A model generated the notes under the pieces. That model worked only from the letters and a program-made list of their open reading frames with translations. It had not been told where the DNA came from and did no database searches. Of a stretch of 64,000 nt of DNA, positions 46,855 through 56,335 are shown piece by piece; the stretch's first letter is position 1, and each line of letters begins with the position of its first letter. Origin of the DNA: an uncultured virus (IMG/VR IMGVR_UViG_3300030330_006222) (lineage: Duplodnaviria; Heunggongvirae; Uroviricota; Caudoviricetes); the IMG/VR virus record IMGVR_UViG_3300030330_006222. The stretch is one strand, 5' to 3'. The position numbers and the translations under genes were made by a program.

Positions 46855-47570
46855 TCTGTCTTAAAAGAATAATATTTCTTTTTAAACTTCTTGAGTGAGT
46901 TAACTATCTGTTTTGTATTTAAGCCAGTTATCTCACGCAAGTATAAATAAATAGCTTTCTTGTTGAAAATTTCAATGTCGTCTTTTGATTCAAATAGGAT
47001 GTTTATTGCTTTATAAACTTTAAGATCATTGTCTTTCATTTGGCTTTCATCCCACGATTTTATCTCAGAATAGAAGTGAGACCAAAACTCATCGTTTTCC
47101 CTTTCTGTCAAATAAGATTCATTTGTAGAAAGAAATTCTTCTTCGTAGTGTTTAGCAATGTTGTCAAAATCAACTTCTCTTTCGCGTTGTTTCTGTTGTT
47201 TTTTGACTTTGTTGATAAACCAGTTTTTTGTAATAACAGAGAAATACGAGAATGCCTTTGAACCTTTACTTGGATTGTATTTGTCCAAAATAGTCATTAG
47301 CCAAATCTTACACTCATCTCTCAAGTAGTCGATGTTCGGTAGATTTGTAAACTTATATGTAAACACAATCTTATCAACCATCTCGCCTAATGCGGGTTGA
47401 ATGTATGTTATATAAAGATGGGTTCTCTCTTGAATACAATTAGTGGCTGTGTACCTTATGATTGCATCTTCATGAACTTGGGTAAAGTAATGGTTCTTTT
47501 TTCTCGCACTACCTTTACGGCGCCGTCTCCTGGTTTTAGGCTTCGGCTCTGGCTGCTTCTTCGTTGTCAA
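46833..47570 (-). CDS. Phage RNA polymerase sigma factor (T4 gp55-like late sigma)
   Basis: NHYFT...FTYKF...LRDECKIWL..ILDKYNPSKGSKAFSYFSVITKNWFI is sigma region 2; C-terminal HTH-like LYLREITGLNTKQIVNSL. Confidence 0.8.
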   Translation of the reverse strand: MTTKKQPEPKPKTRRRRRKGSARKKNHYFTQVHEDAIIRYTATNCIQERTHLYITYIQPALGEMVDKIVFTYKFTNLPNIDYLRDECKIWLMTILDKYNPSKGSKAFSYFSVITKNWFINKVKKQQKQREREVDFDNIAKHYEEEFLSTNESYLTERENDEFWSHFYSEIKSWDESQMKDNDLKVYKAINILFESKDDIEIFNKKAIYLYLREITGLNTKQIVNSLKKFKKKYYSFKTDWESGNL

Positions 47571-47883
47571 TTTCTTCTATTTCCTCTGCTGTTATGCCTT
47601 CTTCCGTCAGAGAATAGATAAATTCAAAAGTTTCAAGCTGCTCATTAAAAGATTGTGCATGATCCATTAACCCCTGTAGGGTTTGATCACCATAATACAT
47701 CTCCATCTGATACAAACTAGAAACGTGATTAGAAAAAGAATCGACCATCATTTTTAAATCGCCCAATTCTTCTGAAACATATAACAGTCTTGATATGGCT
47801 GAGCGTGCATAAACAAATACAGCAACATTTAATATAACACTAAACGTTGCGACAATGGTTAATATAATTTCAAGTTCCGTCAT
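47536..47883 (-). CDS. Small single-pass membrane protein
   Basis: Probable start MTELEIILTIVATFSVILNVAVFVYA (N-terminal TM helix); acidic C-terminus. Confidence 0.6.
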   Translation of the reverse strand: MTELEIILTIVATFSVILNVAVFVYARSAISRLLYVSEELGDLKMMVDSFSNHVSSLYQMEMYYGDQTLQGLMDHAQSFNEQLETFEFIYSLTEEGITAEEIEEIDNEEAARAEA

Positions 47884-48124
47884 AATCTTTTTTAGTCTCT
47901 TGTTTGAGTACTTCCAATATTTCTCTATTGTCTTCAATATATTTTTTTGTTAAATTACCAGTAGATTGCTGCTTCTTGTTATTGTTTAAACGAATTGGCT
48001 TAGTTAACATTTTCTTAATTTTGTCAGATTCGCACTCTATACAAGCAACTTGTATGTCGTTAATTCCATGAAATACAGTAAAATCTGACTGGCAATTTTC
48101 ACAAAAATATATGTAACGTGGCAT
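47870..48124 (-). CDS. FmdB-family zinc-ribbon protein
   Basis: MPRYIYFCENC...HGI...ACIECES..IKKML. Confidence 0.85.
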   Translation of the reverse strand: MPRYIYFCENCQSDFTVFHGINDIQVACIECESDKIKKMLTKPIRLNNNKKQQSTGNLTKKYIEDNREILEVLKQETKKDYDGT

Positions 48125-48131
48125 TTCTCAA

Positions 48132-48374
48132 TTATTCTACCATGTTGAGTAGATCTTGTTCAGTAATTTTCTCTTCATTGGACATTCGAACGGTTGGCGG
48201 ATTAGCCACTATCAAGCCATCTTCGGTGTTCACCAGCTCAAAGCCCTTTAAAATTGGCACAATATCAAGCTCATTTAACAGCGATTCCTGCAAAGCCATC
48301 ATAACAGCTCCAAGCGCTTGATTAGACAACTTAAAGTTTGATTGTTGTGTTTCGTTTTCATTGTTGAAAATCAT
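48132..48374 (-). CDS. Hypothetical protein
   Basis: Start reassigned to MIFNNENE at 48374, which has SD AGGAG; 80 aa. Confidence 0.6.
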   Translation of the reverse strand: MIFNNENETQQSNFKLSNQALGAVMMALQESLLNELDIVPILKGFELVNTEDGLIVANPPTVRMSNEEKITEQDLLNMVE

Positions 48375-48606
48375 TTTGTTCTCCTTTTTCATGTTTTTCG
48401 ATATATGGTTTAACAAACCATTTAGTATCACCTAATTTGTGACAGAATACCCAATACCTAATTGTCCCATATGGATCATAAGGATCGGTAACTTTTTGAG
48501 TTCTTACGACTGTGCCAGAACCATAATCGCGGACAATATTAATATCGGCATAAGTTTCAAACCACTTAACCAAATCACCGACCGCTATTTCATTTTCATG
48601 AGACAT
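48358..48606 (-). CDS. Small SH3/KOW-like hypothetical protein
   Basis: IAVGDLVKW...GTVVR...YWVF pattern; overlaps both neighbours. Confidence 0.5.
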   Translation of the reverse strand: MSHENEIAVGDLVKWFETYADINIVRDYGSGTVVRTQKVTDPYDPYGTIRYWVFCHKLGDTKWFVKPYIEKHEKGEQNDFQQ

Positions 48607-49453
48607 TTGCAACACATCTCCGTAAGCCAGCTTTTAAATTAATTTGGGCATGCCAACCAATATCATCTAACCCTGATATATCAGCTGTAGAGTTTTTTAT
48701 GTCACCTAAGCGTGGTGGTTGGATATCCCAAATAACGTCAAATACGTTATCAAAATATTCTTTTATGTCATTAAGAGAATGTGTGCAGCCTGTTCCAACA
48801 TCGTAAACTTGACCATTAAAGTCGTTTTTATAGTTCATGCAATGTATATTAGCACTTACAATATCATCCACATGAATAAAGTCTCTAGATTGTGTACCGT
48901 CACCATCTATTCTTAATGGTGCATTTTGCCTTATTTTTTCCATCCACGCAGATATAACTGTAGAGTACGCTCCGCCGTACTTTTGATCTTCGGAATAAAC
49001 GTTAAAATATCTTAAAGACACCGTATCTATATCGTATAAGCTTGAGTAAACCTTACACTCTAATTCCGTCATTTGCTTATGAGCGCCATATGGACTTGCC
49101 GCGGCACTAGCAGCGGCAGAAGAAGCAAAGATAACTCGCTTCGCACCCACTAGCTTAGCGTATTCTAACACTCGTGATGAACCAAGTACATTGTGCGACA
49201 ACGAATCAGATGGATTCTCAACACTCCATTGTACACTAGGTTTAGCGGCAAGGTGGAAAATATACTCAGGGCGGAAATGAATGTGTTTATAGGACTTGTT
49301 ATGATCAAATAAATGCCACCTAATGTCTAATTTTTCAGATATATCATCAGAAGCCACATCAATTCCATACACATCATGACCAAGTTCTTGCAACTTAGCG
49401 TAAAGTTTTGAACCAATATAGCCCTTGTGCCCAGTGACTAAACACCTAGCCAT
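48596..49453 (-). CDS. NAD-dependent nucleotide-sugar epimerase/dehydratase
   Basis: LVTGHKGYIG, FHLAA, FASSAA, SPYGAHK (YxxxK), LRYFNVY, GDGTQSRDFIHVDD. Confidence 0.93.
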   Translation of the reverse strand: MARCLVTGHKGYIGSKLYAKLQELGHDVYGIDVASDDISEKLDIRWHLFDHNKSYKHIHFRPEYIFHLAAKPSVQWSVENPSDSLSHNVLGSSRVLEYAKLVGAKRVIFASSAAASAAASPYGAHKQMTELECKVYSSLYDIDTVSLRYFNVYSEDQKYGGAYSTVISAWMEKIRQNAPLRIDGDGTQSRDFIHVDDIVSANIHCMNYKNDFNGQVYDVGTGCTHSLNDIKEYFDNVFDVIWDIQPPRLGDIKNSTADISGLDDIGWHAQINLKAGLRRCVANVS

Positions 49454-50420
49454 CAATTTCCTCAATCATAGCAAATGTAGACTCCCAGTCCGTAAATCTA
49501 ATTGCTTTGTCATCAATATAAAATCTTGCTCTGGGCTTTTCAGCAGTAACCTTGCTTACAAACTGGGACATATTATTTTCCTTAAGCCATTGCCAAACCA
49601 GTTCAGTACCGGTCTTGCCGTTTACAAGCCCTCTGTCGGGCTTTGCTTTGCATGTGTAAACAATCACAGTATAATCTTTTGAAAGACGCTCAAGTGCTTC
49701 ATATGCACCCTCAACAGGCTCATCGTAAATTGTGCCGTCGTAATAGCCCTTCGAACATCTGTGAATTACCTTATCAAAATCAACACCAACATTAATCTGC
49801 TCATCTGGGTAGCTATGTTCGCGAATCTTTCCGCCCTTCCAGTTAAGGTTCTTCAGCGCGTCCGGATCGTTTTTGCCGATTGGTGGGCATACATTACCAG
49901 AACCGTGAGTGAGTTCGTAAGTCAAAAGAAGAGTTAATACTTCTGCTGTGTGGTAATAATCAGCACCTAGGATGACCTTTGTTAGACCGCCAATCTCTAC
50001 GCTAATATCCTTTGATGTCATCATGGCAATTTGCATGCCGTTATCTGTAGCCCACTGAAGAGCCTTGAGAATATCAACTGAATTGCCTGATGATGAAATG
50101 CCAAGAACCAGGGAGTTCTTCATTTGTTCCGCTGTTCTTGTTGATGTTCTAGCTGAAAGCCAGTTAACCATCCACTGTTCAAAACTGCTGTCGTTGATAT
50201 AGGACGTAGCTACAACACCAGACCCAGGACAAATTGCGTTCTTGGTTCCGTTTGACAATCTTGTCATGTCTACAGCAGCATGGTCGGCAACCGCAAGGTT
50301 TCCTCCGTGACCCAAAACATATATATCATTACAATTATTAAACTTTTCTTGTAGATCTGCCCACTCAGGTGTTTGAACCACCTTAATAAACAGGTCCCCT
50401 AAATTTTCAAAATTAAGCAT
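49446..50420 (-). CDS. Fusion of GmhA-like SIS sugar-phosphate isomerase and HAD phosphatase
   Basis: N-terminal VLGHGGNLAVADH and GISSSGNSVDILKA; C-terminal VDFDKVIH, IVYT, EKP, YIDDKA. Confidence 0.8.
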   Translation of the reverse strand: MLNFENLGDLFIKVVQTPEWADLQEKFNNCNDIYVLGHGGNLAVADHAAVDMTRLSNGTKNAICPGSGVVATSYINDSSFEQWMVNWLSARTSTRTAEQMKNSLVLGISSSGNSVDILKALQWATDNGMQIAMMTSKDISVEIGGLTKVILGADYYHTAEVLTLLLTYELTHGSGNVCPPIGKNDPDALKNLNWKGGKIREHSYPDEQINVGVDFDKVIHRCSKGYYDGTIYDEPVEGAYEALERLSKDYTVIVYTCKAKPDRGLVNGKTGTELVWQWLKENNMSQFVSKVTAEKPRARFYIDDKAIRFTDWESTFAMIEEIDG

Positions 50421-51096
50421 TATTTAACTCCTTATAACCCTCTAATAAAATTGTGGTATCCATACCAACAGCTATTATACCATATCCATCGTATTTGTCA
50501 ATATGTTTATGAACATCAGTCGGGATATGAACTGCCATCTGAGATGTGTCAGTAATTACCCTCCTAACTTTCTCAATCGACTCTAAAAATACAGGATTAT
50601 CAAATTCAGCGGTGACTCCAAGACTAGCTGACAAATCATATGGACCTATCATGTAGTAATCAAAATTATGAGTGCATATTTCTTCTAAGTTAAAGATGCC
50701 TCTTTTTGTTTCAATTTGAGCTACAATAATCGGCGGTTTGCTAACAAGCGTGGAATATCCCCATTTATTTTGTCTCACCAGCCCCAGACCGCGAGAGCCA
50801 CCGTATTTGGGGTATGTACACAGGTCTATAATTTCAGCGGCTTGTGAGGCATCCTCGACCGTTGAAAAAATAAGACCGCTAGCGCCGGCGTCTAAACACA
50901 TTCTAATCAGAGTTTTGTTGATCTCAGTAAGTCTTACTAAGCAAATTTTATTCTTTGCTGTAATAATTTGGATACAGCTGTAAAGTGTTTCGTTATTAAA
51001 ACAGCCGTGTTCGGTGTCTATTACAACGCCGTCTAAACCTTCACAGAGCATTTCTGAAACAAGGGTAGATGGTATTTGTTGCCATGATAATTTCAT
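50413..51096 (-). CDS. HpcH/HpaI-family pyruvate aldolase
   Basis: VVIDTEHG, LVRL, LDAGASG, YPKYGGSRGLG, AQIET, IGPYDLSASLG. Confidence 0.92.
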   Translation of the reverse strand: MKLSWQQIPSTLVSEMLCEGLDGVVIDTEHGCFNNETLYSCIQIITAKNKICLVRLTEINKTLIRMCLDAGASGLIFSTVEDASQAAEIIDLCTYPKYGGSRGLGLVRQNKWGYSTLVSKPPIIVAQIETKRGIFNLEEICTHNFDYYMIGPYDLSASLGVTAEFDNPVFLESIEKVRRVITDTSQMAVHIPTDVHKHIDKYDGYGIIAVGMDTTILLEGYKELNNA

Positions 51097-51548
51097 TTAT
51101 ATTTCTCTACGAAGTCGGTGCAGATACCAGCACAATTATTTAATTGCTCTGTTGTGTATAAATCTTCAAATCTTTCCGGCATGACGCAAACTGATTCTGG
51201 TGTTAAAGTGTGTCCTGGATATGTCCAAATAAAACCCTTGGTTGTCATTGTATAAAAGTCCTTTTGGTGCCAGAACACATTAAAGTTTGATGCCTGTTGG
51301 GTTAGTGAATGAAGTGCTTGAATATCTTTCGCGTGAAGCCAAAGCTTTCCTGCTCTCTCAAAAAGCCATTCAGGAGAAACCATATATTGTTGCTCATCAT
51401 GACCAAGATAAAATTTAGTATAAAAAGAACCTCGGATATCTACTTCTACATCATAACCTTTTTCAAGCGCTCTGTCAATATAAAGTGGATTATTCTCCAT
51501 CTCTGGGTTTGGACCAGAGATATTTCCCCTGTGAGCAATCAGTATCAC
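51093..51548 (-). CDS. Small glycerophosphodiester-phosphodiesterase-like (PLC-like) protein
   Basis: GTG start overlapping the upstream stop; ILIAHRGN, ENNP, DVEVDI, LGHD, WLHAK, GICTD. Confidence 0.75.
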   Translation of the reverse strand: MILIAHRGNISGPNPEMENNPLYIDRALEKGYDVEVDIRGSFYTKFYLGHDEQQYMVSPEWLFERAGKLWLHAKDIQALHSLTQQASNFNVFWHQKDFYTMTTKGFIWTYPGHTLTPESVCVMPERFEDLYTTEQLNNCAGICTDFVEKYK

Positions 51549-52240
51549 TTCTTCACCACATAAGCCGTAGGACAAATATAATTTAGTGTCTTAATTTGCA
51601 CATCCTTGTCCGCAAAAAATCTATCTACTCCTGCAGATTCCGACCATTTGTGGAATGCATATTCATCAAATACCACAATGCCGCCCTTAACGACTCTATC
51701 CCACATAGCGTTAAGTGTTTCATAAGTAGGCACATCCAGGTCTAAATCAATATAAAGCAGCGAGATCCTAAATCCAGGGCGCTCTTTAACATAATCATAT
51801 GCAGTCTTCGTGATATCACCTGCTACTAACTCAAATTCGTGGTCTTCAAAGCCACAACTCTTAACAAAATCACCAAATAATTGTGCTTGATTGTCTTCAT
51901 GTTTGTAATTTCGTTTATCAAACAGCGTGCCCATAGCCTCTTTGTCGATACCAGACAAGCTTTCAACCAGCTTTTCAGAGTTAAAGAAGTCAAATCCAAT
52001 AACCTTTTTACCGCTGTTTGGACACAAAAAACGCTTTATTTTTAAGAAAGTAAGCATTCCAGTGCCTTTGAACACTCCGCACTCGACAATATCACCCGGT
52101 AAATCCTTTACTTGGTTCACCAAAAGCGTTCTAGCCAATAACTTACCGAATACCTTAGTGTCAGGACTTAAGATAAAGCCATTAAAAAAATCATATAAAT
52201 TTTGTGAAGTGTCTACAATTTCCAGTTCTTTTAGGTCCAT
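51545..52240 (-). CDS. TylF/MycF-family sugar O-methyltransferase
   Basis: LPGDIVECGVFKG, IGFDFF, LLYIDLDLDVPT, GGIVVFDEY. Confidence 0.88.
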   Translation of the reverse strand: MDLKELEIVDTSQNLYDFFNGFILSPDTKVFGKLLARTLLVNQVKDLPGDIVECGVFKGTGMLTFLKIKRFLCPNSGKKVIGFDFFNSEKLVESLSGIDKEAMGTLFDKRNYKHEDNQAQLFGDFVKSCGFEDHEFELVAGDITKTAYDYVKERPGFRISLLYIDLDLDVPTYETLNAMWDRVVKGGIVVFDEYAFHKWSESAGVDRFFADKDVQIKTLNYICPTAYVVKK

Positions 52241-53611
52241 TTATGCTCCGTGAAACTTGTTGAAATAATCTAAATCTTCGGGTGTGCCAATACCCCACAT
52301 CCCATCAAAATGGAATGTTTTAATCTTTTTGCCGTCTTCCAGTGCTTCATTGAAAACGGGACAGACATAAAACTCATTGTTAAATCTGACATTATTCTTA
52401 ATCATTTGTTCTGCATACTTTACGTAATCAGAGCCGTGTTTCCAGTAATAAATTCCAGCAGTTGCCACATCACTAATAGGTTTCTTTTCAGCAACCTCGG
52501 AAACAAACCCTTCTTCATCAAGCTTGGCAAAGCTCCACTTAGGATGCGTGGCAGTAAAAGTAAGCATACCACCGTCAACTTCGTCAGCTTCCATAGAATA
52601 CATAAACTCATTACTATCCCAATCTAAAAACTGGTCTGAGTTTGCAAAGATAAGCGGTTCATCGTTGTTAATAAACTCTTTTGCCAGTAGAGTTGTGCAG
52701 GCGGCGCCTTCTGTCATGCCATCAACCTGTACAATCTCACAACCAGGTGAGATTAAGCTAAGAAGATGTTTCAGGTTATACTTCTCATAGTGCTCTTTCT
52801 GTACCACAAAAATGTGGCGAGCATCAATATTTAAATTCTCAACAACAAGCTGAATCATTGGCTTGCCTCTAACTTCAATAAGCGGCTTAGGGAAAGTATA
52901 CCCTGCTTGTTGGAATCGAGAACCAGCACCAGCCATCGGTATCAGTACATTCATTTTGCCTCCTTGCCATTTAGGTCTTACATTTTGTTTTTGGTTTACT
53001 TTGTCGATTGTCTCTTTGATTTTTTCGTATGTTACATCACTGCTATTCTTTACAGCACACAAATGAGCGCCACTATTGATAGCTGCCTTGCGACCGTGAT
53101 GCGAATCTTCAATGACAACAGTTTCGTGAGGATCTACACCAGCCCTCAACATGCATCTCATATATATCTCAGCACTAGGCTTTGGCTTTGTGACATCTTG
53201 GTTAGAATAAAGAAAATCTATATGTTCAAAGAAGCCTCTTCTGATTAGTTGTAATTTTGCAGTGTCTCTGATCGAGTTAGTTGCACAAGCAATTGTATAA
53301 CCGTCCAGTTTGAGCCTTTTCAGCACCTTGATGATTCTGTGATCGTGTTCAAAATTATCAATTATCTCAACTGTCTTTTGCTGCTTGGCTTTCCAAATAG
53401 CCGTGTGGAACTCTTCTGGTAGTCCTTTCTTTTCCGAGAGCATTTGCAGCTTCTTTGTTGTCGAAAGACCATCGTAAGTTGACAGATGTTCTGACCTGTT
53501 GATTACATAGCAATCCCCAATATCTTGCAACGCTAAGTTCAACGCTTCATAATGAAGCTCTCGGGCATCTACAAGGACACCATCTAAATCAAATACTACT
53601 AATTTAACCAT
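52241..53611 (-). CDS. Fusion of HAD phosphatase and nucleotidyltransferase
   Basis: FDLDGVL, KPKP, IEDS; then VLIPMAGAGSRF...PKPLI...GAACT...NSDQ...NEFYV...GIGTPEDL. Confidence 0.9.
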   Translation of the reverse strand: MVKLVVFDLDGVLVDARELHYEALNLALQDIGDCYVINRSEHLSTYDGLSTTKKLQMLSEKKGLPEEFHTAIWKAKQQKTVEIIDNFEHDHRIIKVLKRLKLDGYTIACATNSIRDTAKLQLIRRGFFEHIDFLYSNQDVTKPKPSAEIYMRCMLRAGVDPHETVVIEDSHHGRKAAINSGAHLCAVKNSSDVTYEKIKETIDKVNQKQNVRPKWQGGKMNVLIPMAGAGSRFQQAGYTFPKPLIEVRGKPMIQLVVENLNIDARHIFVVQKEHYEKYNLKHLLSLISPGCEIVQVDGMTEGAACTTLLAKEFINNDEPLIFANSDQFLDWDSNEFMYSMEADEVDGGMLTFTATHPKWSFAKLDEEGFVSEVAEKKPISDVATAGIYYWKHGSDYVKYAEQMIKNNVRFNNEFYVCPVFNEALEDGKKIKTFHFDGMWGIGTPEDLDYFNKFHGA

Positions 53612-54533
53612 TTCTAAATTTCTCTCCGCTCTTGAAAGGATGTTTATCTATATCACAGCACTTATCTGCATCAAGCCACATATCTCCCTCTCGCCAGCCT
53701 ACGTAATTCTTGCCAGACAATTCAATGTCTTTTTCAAAATAGTAATACTGTACAAAATTAGGAACCTTGGGTGGGCTTGGTGGGTTTTCTACAAAGTCTT
53801 TACTCCAGCGAGTTAACCATCCATAGTAACTTGGCTGTTGTTTCCAAGTATCTTTCCATTTCCAATAAAAGATCTGTGAAGTGTGGTACCAACCTTCTTT
53901 TGAATCATCATTCGATTTGGCTGCTCGCCAATCTGGCTCACCACCTCGATAGTCCGATGTGTCCAACTCAAGTGCGTCGTGTGCGTTAAGCAAGCGACCG
54001 TGTACCTTATCGTTGATAAGTGAGTGCTCTTTATTGTAAATCAACGCTCTGATGTAGTAATCTGCTTCTTTATTAGCTGGTGTAAGGAATCTTTCGTCCC
54101 ACATGCCAATCTTCTTTACAGCGTCAGCAGTATAGCTAACAATGTTATCGCCAAGTTGACCAGTAATAAAGTTATACTTTTGATGCATCTTAAGTAAATT
54201 CGTAGCCCAATTCGGACTGAGAACAATATCGTTTTGCATTGTAACAACAATCTTGGCATCTGGGTTTTTTAGGTCCTTAAACCCGTGCAGCAATGCTTCA
54301 TTCCAGTTGCGTGCCAAGTTACCAGTATCCCAGTCGGGTCGTGTATTGTTATGAATTACGTTTACTTTGTCAACAAACTCAGTGTTTAGTTCGAACTCAG
54401 AGTGATTGTTTATTATATTAACTTCCGTGTTTGGTATCGCGCTAAAATCAGTCTTGTTAAAGAGTCTATCAAGAGTTTCGTTCAATACTCCAGTTCTTTT
54501 ATAAGTTACGATAAATATTTTTAAATTTTTCAT
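53604..54533 (-). CDS. Glycosyltransferase, GT-A fold (GT2-like)
   Basis: IFIVTYKR, LARNWN, MQND, IGMWDERF, EADYYIR. Confidence 0.75.
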   Translation of the reverse strand: MKNLKIFIVTYKRTGVLNETLDRLFNKTDFSAIPNTEVNIINNHSEFELNTEFVDKVNVIHNNTRPDWDTGNLARNWNEALLHGFKDLKNPDAKIVVTMQNDIVLSPNWATNLLKMHQKYNFITGQLGDNIVSYTADAVKKIGMWDERFLTPANKEADYYIRALIYNKEHSLINDKVHGRLLNAHDALELDTSDYRGGEPDWRAAKSNDDSKEGWYHTSQIFYWKWKDTWKQQPSYYGWLTRWSKDFVENPPSPPKVPNFVQYYYFEKDIELSGKNYVGWREGDMWLDADKCCDIDKHPFKSGEKFRNG

Positions 54534-55198
54534 TTTTTTCTCATTTTTTCGTATAAAATTTCTGCTAGCATGAACTCAAACTCAGTATCAACATCGACCG
54601 CTTCCACTTCGTCTAACATATAAGGATAAAACTTGTCACCAAGAATGTTCTTGTTCTTAATCATAATCTCACGCGGTAAAATATTCGCTGCAAAGTTTAA
54701 AGCATAGATATCTGGTAAGTCTTGTGACCTTGGGTGATTCTTAGGATCGTAGTTTATTGCTTTCCCATCTAGCCACATGTACTCTTTAATAATATTTGTG
54801 GTAACAACACAATCGTAGTCTGTCTCACGTTTGTAAATATCGATACATTCTTGCACAGTTTCGTCAGTTACCAATGGGCTGGTCACTGGAGTCCAAAGAA
54901 TATCTTTACAATCCAGACTAGAGGCGAGGTGTACATATACATCACCCATAGGGATTGTATCACTGGCATAGAAAGGATCACGTTTCATGGCATAAGCACC
55001 TAAATCCTCAGCAATCTGAAGCATTTCATCATCGTCGGAGGTTACTACTACTTTATTAACATCGCGCAGTCTTAGCGCCTGCTCGATTTTGAGCGTTAAC
55101 ATGTTGGAGCCCCCGAAAGGTCGGATGTTCTTGCGAGGAACGCGCTTAGAGCCGCCCCTGACAGCAATTAAAACATTGATATCAATGTTCCTAGACAT
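54530..55198 (-). CDS. Acylneuraminate/ulosonate cytidylyltransferase (NeuA-like)
   Basis: IAVRGGSKRVPRKNIR, VTSD, TSPL, PRSQDLP, DVDTEFEF. Confidence 0.92.
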   Translation of the reverse strand: MSRNIDINVLIAVRGGSKRVPRKNIRPFGGSNMLTLKIEQALRLRDVNKVVVTSDDDEMLQIAEDLGAYAMKRDPFYASDTIPMGDVYVHLASSLDCKDILWTPVTSPLVTDETVQECIDIYKRETDYDCVVTTNIIKEYMWLDGKAINYDPKNHPRSQDLPDIYALNFAANILPREIMIKNKNILGDKFYPYMLDEVEAVDVDTEFEFMLAEILYEKMRKK

Positions 55199-55911
55199 CA
55201 GAGTTGTCCTCCGTTAATATCAATAGCCGCACCAGTTATATAAGATGCTGCGTTTGAACACAAAAACAATACTGGTAACGCCTGTTCTGTTGTAGTGGCT
55301 ATTCTGCGGATTGGTATTTTTTGCTCCAACTCGCTCACAGCTTCTTCAGTCATAGATTCTTTCAGCATTTCTGTCATTGTCTGACTGGGGCAAATACAAT
55401 TTACTAATATGTTATGCTTAGAAACCTCATTAGCTAATTGCTTGGTCAGTCCTATAATTCCATATTTACTAGAGGTGTAGTGTACACCGCTTACGATGCT
55501 TTTGTTACGACCGGCAATTGAAGACACGTTTACTATTCTGCCATACTTCTGCTGTTTCATTAGATTTACTGCTTCTTTGCAAATAACAAAAAACGATTTT
55601 AAGTTTACATCCATCAAGCGGTCCCATTCAGCGATTTCAATGTTTTCAATGGGCTCACAAAGGTTTGTGCCAGCAACATTGATAACAAAATCCACATCAT
55701 CTAGCTTGGAGAAGATAAACTTTATGTCTTCAACGTTGGACAAGTCACACTTAAGATCTCTTACCAGGTGCAAATCTGCAGATGTTCTTGAGGCGTTATA
55801 TACAATAGCACCAGCAGAAGCAAACTGACGGCATATTTCTTTGCCTATTCCCTTGCTTCCGCCAAAAACTAATACTACCTTTCCTAAAAAGTTAAAGGTT
55901 ATATCACTCAT
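55198..55911 (-). CDS. Short-chain dehydrogenase/reductase
   Basis: GGSKGIG, NVAG, NVSS, YTSSK, YITGAAIDINGG. Confidence 0.93.
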   Translation of the reverse strand: MSDITFNFLGKVVLVFGGSKGIGKEICRQFASAGAIVYNASRTSADLHLVRDLKCDLSNVEDIKFIFSKLDDVDFVINVAGTNLCEPIENIEIAEWDRLMDVNLKSFFVICKEAVNLMKQQKYGRIVNVSSIAGRNKSIVSGVHYTSSKYGIIGLTKQLANEVSKHNILVNCICPSQTMTEMLKESMTEEAVSELEQKIPIRRIATTTEQALPVLFLCSNAASYITGAAIDINGGQL

Positions 55912-56335
55912 CTTCGTATACATGATTCACATCTGGTCTTGTTATCGCGTATCTAACACCGGGACCGTCACCAACGCACTTAATGTGATGCCATGTATTT
56001 TTAGGAACCACAATAATATCATTCTTCTTGACACGTTGGGTTCCTATACCTTCAATCCACCATTCCCACTCACCATCTAGAATGACCCAGTTTTCATCTG
56101 CATCAGGATGGAAGTGTTTACGGTTGCCTTCGCCAGGATGTTGTTGGATGACAACACCACCAAACAGCTCATTATAAGCAATTCTTACCGCCCAAGAGCC
56201 CATGCCAAGATCTTCACGAAGATCACGCAAATTGACTGTTGAACAGTTCTCATATTTTACTAGCTCTGAATGTCCTACACCATCGTTTTTGAGGACATTA
56301 ACAAGATCGCTGTCTGAGTTAGTTTTTATTCCCAT
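55904..56335 (-). CDS. Cupin-domain protein
   Basis: RKHFHPDADENWVILDG...VVPKNTWHHI. Confidence 0.88.
   Translation of the reverse strand: MGIKTNSDSDLVNVLKNDGVGHSELVKYENCSTVNLRDLREDLGMGSWAVRIAYNELFGGVVIQQHPGEGNRKHFHPDADENWVILDGEWEWWIEGIGTQRVKKNDIIVVPKNTWHHIKCVGDGPGVRYAITRPDVNHVYEDE

Noticed and set aside
47500..47570. NLS-like Arg/Lys run (KPKTRRRRRKGSARKK) at the sigma N-terminus
   Set aside because: It lies partly in an overlap with the upstream gene, and basic tails are common on nucleic-acid-binding proteins. Nothing else here points to compartment targeting.
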